Part shown: positions 28,664 through 38,708 of the stretch, piece by piece
How the letters are laid out: each line of letters starts with the position of its first letter
How positions within the stretch are numbered: position 1 is the first letter of the stretch
DNA from: Terriglobia bacterium
Lineage (GTDB): Bacteria > Acidobacteriota > Terriglobia > 20CM-2-55-15
Direction of reading: 5' to 3'
DNA: 64,000 nucleotides
Assembly (NCBI GenBank): GCA_965198225.1
Contig: CBDAOY010000006.1
Span: 128,001 to 192,000 of the forward strand
Notes under the pieces: model-generated
Seen by the model: the letters and a program-made list of their open reading frames with translations, nothing else
Databases searched by the model: none
What the model was told of the DNA's origin: nothing
Position numbers and translations under genes: made by a program

Positions 28664-30601
28664 CTAGTTTGTCTGCCCTCCGGAGAGGCCGATGCGGGCA
28701 AGCATCTGTTGGTACCGCGGGTCCGAACGGAGTTTTTCATACTCGGGCGCCACCTTTAGCCAGGCCAGATAACGAGAGTGCTGCGGGAAAGCCTCCTCCA
28801 GCCGCTCAAATGCCAAATCGGTCTCGTCCAGCCCCGCGTAGATGTAACCGATCAAGGCAGGGGAAACGTATCTTCTCTGCCGACACGCAGAAAGCCCCGC
28901 GTAGATGTAACCGATCAAGGCAGGGGAAACGTATCTTCTCTTTTCTAGTTCCTCCAACCGCGACACAACTTCGAGGGCCTCAGATCTTTGGCCGGAAAGA
29001 GCATGGGCGTATCCAAGGGACGCAAGCGACACGGTATTCCCGTCCGAAAGCGCAACCGCCTGACGAAACTCGTCGATGGCCTCCCGATAGCTGCCCTGTT
29101 CACGGTAGTAGTTCCCCAGGGCCCAGTGGGCCCCCCAGAAATCATTGTCGAACTCGAGAGCTTCTTCGATCCACCGTAGCGCTTCCTGGCTGCGACCCGC
29201 GTGAAGGAGTTGCAGTCCCAAGTTGACATTGGCCTGTAGCGAAAGCGGATCCAAGTCACGCCCCATCTCTGCCTGAATCACAGCCTCTTCAAACCGCCCC
29301 ATGGCCTCCAGAAAGATGCTGTACCATTGGCGCCCAGTGGAAAGACTCGGATTCAGGTCAATAGCCTTCCGGAAGGCTCTATCAGCAGCCGAGAAATCCC
29401 AATCGTACTTCAGCGCCACCATCCCCAAAACCGCATGGGCTTCAGCCTGCGTATCGTCCAACTCCAAGGCCTTCATCGCCGCCACTCTGGCCCTCGGCAT
29501 TGCGTCACTGGGAGGCAGGATCTCCAAACCGTGACCGGCAAGCAGGCAGTAGCAGCTGGCCAATCCTGCATGAGCAGATGCATAGTTCGTATCGATTTCG
29601 ATTGCTTCTTGAAAGTAACGGATGCTTGTCCTGAAGCTCTCCTCGGAGTGCCTGGCACGAAAATACCGTCCCTTCAGGTAGGCCTCGTAGGCCGCCGGAT
29701 CGGTGTAAGGTTCGCTCGGCCCCGCCGGGGAAGAAGACAGCCCCTCAATTGCCAGAGAGTTCGCGACGCGCCTGGCGACCGTCCTCTGCAGGGCAAGCAT
29801 ATTCTGTCGCTCACCTTCGAACACCTCGGACCAAAGATGCGTTTCATCTCCGACATCGATAAATTGGGTTGTTATTCTCATACGCTCGTCCTCGCGCCGA
29901 ACGCTGCCCTCTAACACGTAATCCACTTGCAACTCCCGACCAATCTGCTCGACGCCCTTCTGAGTCCCTTTGTATGGCATCACGGAGGTACGCGCGATTA
30001 CCCCAAGGCGCTCGGGGTTCAGTTTGCCTAATTCCGCGGTGACCTCTTCGGTGAACCCATCGCTGAAATACTCCTGCTCCGGGTCTCCAGTGAAATTGTC
30101 AAATGGGAGCACGGCGATTCTGACTTGGGTCGGAAGCACTTCGTCGGTGCCCTGAAAGCTCTTCAGGACAAAATAACCCGCCAGAATGGCAAAGAGAAAA
30201 GCCCCAACTCCGACTTTGACCCTGAGCGGCAGGGTCGGCCTCGACCGCCCTTCTGCTTGGCCTACGCTTTCGACGGGCGCGATAAAACGATAGCCCCGAA
30301 GTGGGACGGTCTCTACGAAGCGCGGAACGTCCGAAGCGTCATGGAGTGCCTGCCTGATCTTGTTGATAGCGATATTTAACCGGTGATTGAGATCGGCAAA
30401 TTTTTCTCCGGGCCACAATTTTTCTCGAATTTCCTCTCGGGTGACCAATTCTCCCGGTCGCTCCACCAGTAGCGTCAAAAGTTCGAGGGGTTGATTTTGG
30501 AGGCTGATCCGGATGCCTCGCTTGCGCAACTCTCCCGAGCGAGGATCCAACTCAAAATCGCCAAACCGGAGGACCTGTTGGGAAGCAGCCGATGCGTTCA
30601 C
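28664..30601 (-). CDS. CadC/OmpR-type winged-helix + TM + TolB-N-like + TPR regulator
   Basis: RFGDFELD..LQNQP..VTREE..ETVPLRGYRF; IAVLPFDN, EYFSDG, AYEAYLKGR; TPR repeats. Confidence 0.88.
   Translation of the reverse strand: MNASAASQQVLRFGDFELDPRSGELRKRGIRISLQNQPLELLTLLVERPGELVTREEIREKLWPGEKFADLNHRLNIAINKIRQALHDASDVPRFVETVPLRGYRFIAPVESVGQAEGRSRPTLPLRVKVGVGAFLFAILAGYFVLKSFQGTDEVLPTQVRIAVLPFDNFTGDPEQEYFSDGFTEEVTAELGKLNPERLGVIARTSVMPYKGTQKGVEQIGRELQVDYVLEGSVRREDERMRITTQFIDVGDETHLWSEVFEGERQNMLALQRTVARRVANSLAIEGLSSSPAGPSEPYTDPAAYEAYLKGRYFRARHSEESFRTSIRYFQEAIEIDTNYASAHAGLASCYCLLAGHGLEILPPSDAMPRARVAAMKALELDDTQAEAHAVLGMVALKYDWDFSAADRAFRKAIDLNPSLSTGRQWYSIFLEAMGRFEEAVIQAEMGRDLDPLSLQANVNLGLQLLHAGRSQEALRWIEEALEFDNDFWGAHWALGNYYREQGSYREAIDEFRQAVALSDGNTVSLASLGYAHALSGQRSEALEVVSRLEELEKRRYVSPALIGYIYAGLSACRQRRYVSPALIGYIYAGLDETDLAFERLEEAFPQHSRYLAWLKVAPEYEKLRSDPRYQQMLARIGLSGGQTN
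28830..28941. repeat. 49-bp exact direct duplication with 14-bp spacer (in frame)
   Basis: 28830-28878 = 28893-28941; the protein repeats RRYVSPALIGYIYAGL. Confidence 0.9.
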
Positions 30602-30719
30602 TAGGATTTGACTTTACTACAGCCCGCATCAGATTTGAACACTTGAACACTCCTGGAAACTACGCGTGACTCCACCCCCTAAGTAGCCAAATAACAGCTA
30701 TTTAACAGGAGACTTGAAA

Positions 30720-30775
30720 TTGACCCCAAGTTGACCTCGAGTGGATTGACCCGTCAGCGGGACGGCGTCGAGAAT
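30720..30775 (+). promoter_or_regulatory. TTGACC direct repeats plus putative promoter of the globin operon
   Basis: TTGACC at 30720, 30731 and 30746; GAGAAT 18 bp after the third. Confidence 0.5.
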
Positions 30776-30828
30776 GGCGCGATACCGCGAAACATGGAAG
30801 TCAACCAAACCGCAAAAGGAGAAAAATC

Positions 30829-31317
30829 GTGAACCGATTCATGAATCACATCGCTCGCCCTCTAACCGTGGGTCTCGTTGCCACCCTGTTCCTCTTCTTT
30901 GCTTCAGCTCCGTCAGCGGCGGAGCCGGCAACCCGGGCTCAGGCAGCTATGGAGAAGTCGCTCTACGAACGGCTTGGCGGCTACAGAGCCATCTCGGCGG
31001 TGGTGAACCAGTTCGCCGAGAAGCTCTTCGCCGATCCGCAAGTCGGGTCCTTTTTCAAGGGAATGGGCACCGACACCCGGAAGTCGTTCATCCAGAAGAA
31101 CATCAATTTGGTCTGCAACGTCACGGGTGGGCCGTGCAAGATCATCAGCAGAGCTGCCAAAACCGTTCACGCCGGGCTGGGCATCACGGAAACAGAGTTC
31201 AAAATCGTTGAGGACCACTTGGTGGATACCCTGAACGCTTTCAAGGTACCCGCCAAGGAGAAGCAGGAATTGCTCGCGATCATCAACACGCTCAAGCCGG
31301 ACATCGTCGGGCCCTGA
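30829..31317 (+). CDS. Group I truncated hemoglobin with signal peptide
   Basis: SLYERLGG, AVV..F, DPQVGSFF, TGGP, VHAGLGITE; hydrophobic N-terminal signal sequence. Confidence 0.88.
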   Translation: MNRFMNHIARPLTVGLVATLFLFFASAPSAAEPATRAQAAMEKSLYERLGGYRAISAVVNQFAEKLFADPQVGSFFKGMGTDTRKSFIQKNINLVCNVTGGPCKIISRAAKTVHAGLGITETEFKIVEDHLVDTLNAFKVPAKEKQELLAIINTLKPDIVGP

Positions 31318-31426
31318 GGAACCGATGGATCTACCTAATCTATACCGTCTGGTGCGCGGTGGGCGTCTGTGTCCAGTTAGACAACGCCAGCCATCACAAC
31401 AATCTTCACTTGAAGGGAGATATGTC

Positions 31427-32570
31427 ATGTCGAGTATTCCGCAAGCGTCCGTGAAACGGGCCCTCGCGCTGACGTTCGCGCCGGTTCTCGTGGCGGGAGT
31501 CGTTCTCGCGGCGACCGCAGCCCTGCCCGTGCCACAATCTGAGGATTATCCAAAACCGACTTTTGCCGCTGACGGCAAGTTGATTCGTCCAGACCTCAGC
31601 TATCGGGAATGGGTCTATGTGGGCACGCCGCTGACTCCCAATGAACTGAACCCGCCAGAGGCCCCGTTCCCGGAGTTCCACAATGTTTACATCCACCCGG
31701 ACGATTTCGATCACTACAGCCGGACCGGCGAGTTCCCGGACGGAACGGTAATCGTTAAAGAGTTGGTGACCGTCGGGTCGACTCAGGCGGTGAGCGGGCG
31801 TGGCTATTTTATGGGCGAGTACGGGACTGGAGTTCACCATCAAGGACGCCGAGCGGTTCCCCGACGAGCCCGGGAATTGGGCCTACTTCAGTTTCGGCCA
31901 TGAGTACCCCCTGGCGGACACATCAGCCGCGTTTCCCACTGCCGCCTGCAACGCCTGCCACGAGTCGAGTGCGGCGGACGATTTCGTCTTTACCCAGTAC
32001 TATCCGATTCTGGCTGCCGCCAAAAAGGGTCGGGGCGCCGGTGGTTCGATGGATGGCGACAACGAGCGGTTCAATGCGATGGCTGCGGCGATGACCGCGG
32101 CTCTCGACGTCGGCATGGAGGCCACGGTCCCGACTGGGAGCGCGCCGGGCGCCGTACCGACGGATAACAGTGCACTGCACGACTACCTTCGGGCAGGCTC
32201 GTACAGACAGATGTCGCACATGGAATCGAGCTGGCACCCGTCGGCCGGCCCGCATGCCAAGTACGGTCGACCTGTGCGTGTCTTCCTGAACGAGACCCTG
32301 GCCGTGTCCCTGGAGGCGGGCAACGATGAGCATCCCGTCGGCTCCGAGGCCGTCAAGGAAATGTATCTTCCGGACGGCAACCTCGAGGGGTGGGCCGTCA
32401 TGGTCAAGACTCAAGATGACAGCGACGGCGGCCAGGGGTGGTTCTGGTACGAAGCGACCAGCACGGAGCCAGGCGCCGATCCCTTCATGTCGGGTAACGG
32501 CATTCCTTTGTGTTTCGGATGCCACTCTTCCGGCAACGACTATGTGTTGACCGGTTGGCCGCTGCAGTAG
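31427..32570 (+). pseudogene. Tandem cytochrome P460/c'-beta family protein with frameshift near 31821
   Basis: YREWVYVGT..TPNELN, GEFPDGTVIVKE, GYFMGE / GLE..KD..RF..PGNWAYF, CNACH; second domain KE..AVMVK..GWFWYE..CFGCH. Confidence 0.85.
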
Positions 32571-32675
32571 GCGTGCCGCAGGTCGGTGGGCGTGATCACG
32601 CCCAGCCCGATTGCGGGAGGCTGAACCAACGCAGGCTCCGGGAGTAGAAACGCGCTTGCAGGAATTCTTAGAGAA

Positions 32676-35427
32676 ATGATGCCGTTCAGAAAGCTGACGC
32701 ACTATGAAGTCCTCGCGTCCCTGGGCAAGGGGGGCATGGGGGAGGTGTGGAAGGCGAGGGACACGAGGCTCGGACGGGACGTGGCTATCAAGACGATACC
32801 GGACGAATTGAAGGATGACGAAGCGTCGATGATCCGGTTCGAGCGCGAAGCACGGCTGCTGGCCTCGCTGAATCATCCCAACATCTGTGTCATCTACGAC
32901 ATCGTCGACTACGAAGGCCAACCCTTCATCGTCATGGAAATGCTGAACGGTCGCACTTTGAGGGAGAAATTGTCTGCGGGTTCGTTGAGGACGGACCAGG
33001 TACTGCGGTTGGGAATTCAACTGGCGGATGCTCTGGAGGCCGCACACGCGGAAGGAGTCGTCCATCGCGATATCAAACCGGAAAACGTTTTCGTCACCGA
33101 TAGGGGTAAGGCAAAGCTTCTGGATTTCGGATTGGCGAAGTCCATCGCGACGAAGACCGCGAAGGCTCAGCTGGAGACCCTTTCGGAGGCCGGTGAAGGC
33201 CTGACAGTGGGCGGAAACGTAGTGGGGACCCTGTCCTACATGAGCCCCGAGCAGATTAGCGGCCGGACCGTCGACGCCCGGACCGACCTCTTTGCGCTGG
33301 GGGCCGTTTTATATGAGATGACCACAGGGAAACGGGCTTTTACGGGCGCTACCGCTCCGCTCGTCTACGACGCGATCCTCAACAGGGAGCCGCAAGCGCC
33401 GCAAGAACACAATCCCGATGCCCATCCCGAGCTGGAGCTGATCATCGCGAGAGCGCTGGAGAAAGATCCGGAGCTGCGATACCAGCGGGCGTCGGAGCTG
33501 AGGTCGGACCTTGAAACGCTGCAAACCGAGACCGCACCGCATCCTCGACGGAAAGACAAGAGTCGGCATGAGCTCGTCCTTGGCGCGTTGCTGGCGTTGA
33601 TCGCGTTGGTCTACGTGATGTTCAACCTTCTCGGCTCTGTGTCCGAGGCACCACGGTTTTCGGAACTCAGCGCGACCTTCACTCAGTTGACTTCCCTGCC
33701 GGGCGAAGAATTGCATCCAAGTCTCTCCCCTGACGGCCGATCGCTGGTCTACTCCGGTATAGCTTCAGGTAACGTCGACATCTATTCGCGCCGGGTCGAC
33801 GGCGAGAACGTAATCAATCTGACTGAGGATTCAAAGGACTATGATTCCCAGCCGCGTTTTTCGCCTGATGGTGAATTCATCGCGTTTCAATCCGGGGGAA
33901 TCTTTGTGATGGGCGCAACCGGTGAATCGGTGAGGCGAATCACCCATTTTGGCTTCAATCCTGTGTGGTCGCCCGATGGAAACGAGATTCTTTTTGCTGC
34001 CGAGTTGATCGAGTCGCGACGGCGGGGGAATCTTTGTGATGGGCGCAACCGGTGAATCGGTGAGGCGAATCACCCATTTTGGCTTCAATCCTGTGTGGTC
34101 GCCCGATGGAAACGAGATTCTTTTTGCTGCCGAGTTGATCGATACCGATCCGAGAAAAAGACCAGGTGACAGTGAACTGTGGACGGTCGGATTTCCTTCG
34201 GGAGAGCCCAAAAAAGTTTTCGAAGGGGATGCAGTGCAACCACACTGGTCCCCTAGCGGCTCGCGCATCGCTTACTGGGCCATCAGCGGCGGCCAGCGTG
34301 ATATCTGGACCATTACCTCAAGCGGCCGTGAGCCGGTTGCAGTGACGAATGATACTGCGGTGGACTGGAATCCGGTTTGGTCGCCGGATGGGAAATATCT
34401 CTATTTTTCGAGTGACCGCCGCGGCAGCATGAATCTGTGGCGGGTGCGGATCGACGAGGAAACTGGCCGGACCCTCGACGAGCCGGAGCCCGTGACGACG
34501 GGAGCGTCGGGCGACGCCATGTATTTGACCTTGGCTGCGGATGGGAAACGACTTGCCTATGGGATTCGGGACACCAGAGCAAACGTCATGAAGGTGGAGT
34601 TCAATCCCTCGACGAGAACCGTTGTCGGGGAACCTGTTCCTGTTACCGAAGGATCGCGCTCGGTCGGTGCCGTCGAAGTATCGCCAGACGGGAAGGCGTT
34701 GACTTTCCACAGGGTCGGTGTTCAGGAGGACCTTTTCACCAGCCGCTCGGATGGAACGGGCACCCGTCGGCTAACGAACGATCGTTACTTTGATCGATAC
34801 GCCAGGTGGTCCCCCGACGGCAGTAAGATCAGCTTCTTTTCCAACCGTAGCGGCAGCTACCAACTCTGGACGATAAACCCGGATGGTAGCGGGATCCATC
34901 AGTTGACCAGGGAACCGTCGGAGCCGGTTCACACCGTATGGTCGCCAGACGGCTCGCGGATTGCCTACACCGACTTCCTGACCGGCTCCTTCATCATGAG
35001 TGCTGGGACGGCCTGGGAGGACCAGTCTGTTGCAGTATTGCCGCGGCTTACGGATGGTAACGAGATCTTTGCGGCGTTTTCCTGGTCTCCCGACGGAAAC
35101 TGGCTGGCCGGTTTCGGCTACGACGAGACACGGACTCCGGATGAAACGGGGATTTACGTGTATTCGTTAGAGTCTGAGCAGTACGAAAAGCTGACGGAGT
35201 CGGGCAGCTATCCCCGATGGCTCAGTGATAGTCGGACGCTGGTTTACGCCGACCGCGGCACTATTTATGTTGTGGATCGAGCATCTAAAGAAACTCAGGA
35301 GGTTCTGTCGTCTGGTCCCGAAAGTATGTCGTTTTTGCCGGCGCCTTCCCCCGACAACCGCACGCTGTACTATGTCTCCCGACCTCAACCGGAAGCCGAC
35401 GTCTGGCTGATCAGCCTGCCCGACTAG
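32676..35427 (+). pseudogene. Ser/Thr kinase + TM + TolB/PD40 beta-propeller, frame broken by an internal duplication
   Basis: LGKGGMGEV, HRDIKPEN, DFGLAK, YMSPEQ; many WSPDG repeats; split into ORFs 32676-34055 and 34036-35427. Confidence 0.88.
33893..34142. repeat. 120-bp exact direct duplication with 10-bp spacer
   Basis: 33893-34012 = 34023-34142. Confidence 0.92.
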
Positions 35428-35565
35428 CTCTCGAACGACTGGATAGCTTCGGAATTCGAGACCCTGGAATACACCGCCGGGGTCCCCGCCACCTATCTCG
35501 TCACGGTCTACGGCTTCTGTCTCCTCGTCCTCTGTGCGGGGGCTGCCATCCCTTACACACGCACC

Positions 35566-36135
35566 CTACCGGGGAAGGTGCCTTTCGGGGATAGGATTGC
35601 CGGCGCGTTCGGTGTCCCAGACAATACTGACCATCCACCAGCGGATCCCATCAAACATGAGCTGCGTGCTGTTCACTCCGCGCTGAAAAGGCGCGGGGTC
35701 CGTCTCGGCTCTGAGGCTTTCGTAGGTACTCATCACGCTGACGACATTCCCGAATCGCTCCGTCTGGCGCGCTATTTCCCTTTCGAAGAACCCGCTCTGT
35801 CTTGGTTGACCAAACACCGCTTGCACGAACTGATCGACGTCCCGGACATTCATGACGTAGGTGCCGTCGGGCCTGGGCTGCGTCGGGATGAACCGGGCGC
35901 CGGGCGCAAACAGGTTTCGAAAACGGTCGGCATCAAGGACAGCGCCCGCGGGGCCCGAAATCGAAGCGTATGTCGCAGCAATGACAGCGTCGATGGAGAC
36001 GACGTCATCTGCGTATTCCATCGAGCCTTTCTGTGAAGGAACCTCCTGGGCCAGCGCAGAGCCCGGGATCACAACGGCGGTGAGAGCCAGCAGCAGCACG
36101 AAAGCCCGGCAGCAAGGGAAGTGGAAGTTTTTCAT
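35566..36135 (-). CDS. Secreted hypothetical protein, probable NTF2/SnoaL-like fold
   Basis: Signal peptide; SIDAVI..Y.SISGPAG, FFEREI, FGN....STYE, RGVNS.QL, RWW..SIVWD. Confidence 0.75.
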   Translation of the reverse strand: MKNFHFPCCRAFVLLLALTAVVIPGSALAQEVPSQKGSMEYADDVVSIDAVIAATYASISGPAGAVLDADRFRNLFAPGARFIPTQPRPDGTYVMNVRDVDQFVQAVFGQPRQSGFFEREIARQTERFGNVVSVMSTYESLRAETDPAPFQRGVNSTQLMFDGIRWWMVSIVWDTERAGNPIPERHLPR

Positions 36136-36199
36136 ACTTGGTACCCGGGTTTGAGGTTGGAGAAATCTCCTGACTGACCAGGGTTGGGGTTCGAACCCT

Positions 36200-36385
36200 T
36201 CAGAGTGTGCGTTCGACCAGCATCACGGTCACGTCGTCAATTTGAGGCTGGCCCTGCACAAAATTCTCGTAGGCTTCGCCAAGGGCATACTCCATTTGCG
36301 TCGCACCGTTGCGGGCTTCCTTCTCTATTACTTCGACGAGCCTCTCTTTACCAAACATCTCCGCGTCCGGCTTCGCCGAAGACCT
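36200..36385 (-). pseudogene. PP2C/SpoIIE phosphatase C-terminal fragment
   Basis: EMFGKERL ... FVQGQPQIDDVTVMLV. Confidence 0.7.
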
Positions 36386-38198
36386 CCAGGCGGTTGCCCT
36401 CACGGTCGAATTGGGCCAGTTGACCAATGCCCCAGTTGATCCCGTTGCGGTACACGATGGCTCCTGTCGCAGAAGCGGAAAACGATGCCCGGCCTGTAGC
36501 GGGATTCAGCCACACGTCCTGCGCTGCCGGAAACGGCTCCCCGACGACAGACAGGGCTTTCGGGTCAAAGGCTTGTGCCATCAGCCGTCCAGCCCGGACG
36601 AAAAGAACATGTCCGGGGGTCAACGCAATGTTGGATTGGGCCCTCAGCACCTCTCCAGCAATGTCGCCGCCGAGGGAGCCTGCCCGAATCATCCGGTTTT
36701 CGGGCTCATCGCTCCACGCGAGGTACAGGAAATGCCGGCCGTCGGGCAGGAACTGTGGCCAGAGGTGCGCGGTTTCGGTCCGAGACGAATCCAGCGAGGT
36801 GATCGGAACCGGCTCTCCGCCGATCGCCGCGACCCTGAAAAGCGGCGCCCGAAGGTTGGGGGCGAACACGATGGCGCCGTCCCGATTCCATGTAGCGCCG
36901 CGGCCGTCCGGGACATCGCAGATGATGGACGGCGGCCCGCCCGAGAGTGGAATTCGCTGCATCGTTCCCTTGGTGAAGAAGCCCACGTATTCGCTGTCGG
37001 GCGACCAGAAAGGAGAGAAGGCGTCTTCGGTCCCACCCAACGCGATCGCGCTGAAGGAATCCAGCGAGTGAACCCACAAGGACTTACTACCATCGTCGCC
37101 GAGCGCGGCGAACACGATCTTGCGCCCGTCCGGCGAGATACTGAGATCGGCCGGGGCGGGGCTGATCATCGTTCCAGCGGGAGCGCCGACGAAGAAGCGC
37201 GTCGTGTAGGAATCGGACTCCGGCCGGGGAAAGTATGCCCACGCGACCAGACCAAGAACGGCTGCCACCGCCGCGGCCGCCGCAACCCACGGAATCTGCC
37301 GCGTCGCTTTCGGTTCGCTTTCAGGTTTGCGGCCGGACTGCCGTCCCTGGGAGACCCAGTTCAGCTCACCGCACAGATCCTGCGCGGTTTGCCAGCGATC
37401 CTCGGGATCCTTGTTGAGGGACTTGTGGATGATGTGCTCGAACTCGGCCGAAACGTCTGAGTGTTCCGATACCGGAGGCGGGTCGAGATGCAGAAGCGCG
37501 CCGATGAGGCTCGCCTGGCTCTTCCCTTCGAAAGCCTTCCTTCCCGCGGTAGCCTCGTACATGACCAGGCCGAGAGAGAAGATGTCGCTTCGGGCGTCCG
37601 CTTCTCTCCCTTCCAGTTGTTCCGGCGACATGTACTGGAGCGTGCCCACGACCGTCCCGGCGTTGGTCAACTGCGAGTCCGTCGGGAATTCCGACGGAGG
37701 GGTCTGGGTGAATACGGAATCAGTCTTCAACTTCGCCAGCCCGAAGTCGAGCAGCTTCACGCCCGATTGTGTCAGCATGATGTTCGCCGGCTTCAAGTCC
37801 CGGTGCACAACTCCCTTTCGGTGTGCCTTGTCGAGGGCGTCGGCGATCTGGATCGAATACTGGAGCAGCTCCTTGATGGGGAGCTTTCCGTCTCCCAATC
37901 GGTTTGCGAGGGTCCTGCCTTCGACGTATTCCATGACCAGGTAATGAATGCCATCCTGTTCGCCCACGTCGTGGAGCATGCAGATGTGAGGATGATTCAG
38001 ACTGGACACCGCCCTGGCTTCTCGCTGGAAACGCTGATGGAGATCCACTCGTTCTGCCAGATGTTCAGGAAGGACTTTGATGGCAACGGTGCGGTCCAGA
38101 CGCGTGTCGGTCGCTCGATACACCTCTCCCATACCGCCGGCGCCGAGTTGCTCGGCAATTTCGTATGGACCCAGGCGTTTGCCAGCTGCGAGCGCCAC
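36348..38198 (-). pseudogene. Ser/Thr kinase + TolB-like propeller, C-terminally truncated
   Basis: GTG start with AGGAGG; HRDLKPAN, DFGLAK, YMSPEQ; ISPDG/WSPD/FLPDG repeats; runs abruptly into the PP2C fragment. Confidence 0.8.
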
Positions 38199-38305
38199 CG
38201 ACTGCCTCCTCAACGTGTACCGCCACAGACCGCACTGACGCTTGATCCGCGTCAATACGCGTAACAGGCGTTCCTTTGCCAGGTTCCGGCCACTAGAATC
38301 CGTAA

Positions 38306-38334
38306 ATAGTACGGGAGGAAGGGGTTCGGGTCAA
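38306..38334 (-). promoter_or_regulatory. Sigma70-type promoter of kinase gene
   Basis: Minus-strand TTGACC-17 bp-TACTAT, homologous to 15196-15224. Confidence 0.65.
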
Positions 38335-38484
38335 ATGCCCGCTGTGGGCCCGGCGCATGCTATTGCCGCGTCGAGGCTCTAAGCCCCCGGACCTCGATTT
38401 GATCTCATCATTTTACGGGTCTGGCCGATTCCAATGAACAAACACGGGCACGCGGTCGCAGGACGAAACGGGTCGGGGGTTCAC

Positions 38485-38649
38485 TAGTGGCCTGTAACAG
38501 TGCTATCGGTACCAGCGTTCGGCGGAACGGCGTCGGATTCTAGGAGTGACGCCCGAGCCAATGCTGTTTCATTGCGAGGGTGTTACGACACCGAAGACGG
38601 CGCCGTTCCGACGAACCCTTCGGGCCGATAGCACTGTTACAGGCCACTA
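38485..38649. mobile_element. 165-bp MITE with 25-bp terminal inverted repeats (including terminal TA), copy 1
   Basis: TAGTGGCCTGTAACAGTGCTATCGG ... CCGATAGCACTGTTACAGGCCACTA; second copy at 62346-62510. Confidence 0.9.
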
Positions 38650-38708
38650 TCAGGTAAGTTCGCGCCGGGGCGAACTGGCGTGGCGAGGAACGGATAGACA
38701 CCGCTATA

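Noticed and set aside
36183-36205. ggttcgaaccc as a tRNA fragment or att site
   Set aside because: It does not extend to match the tRNA-Val 3' end.
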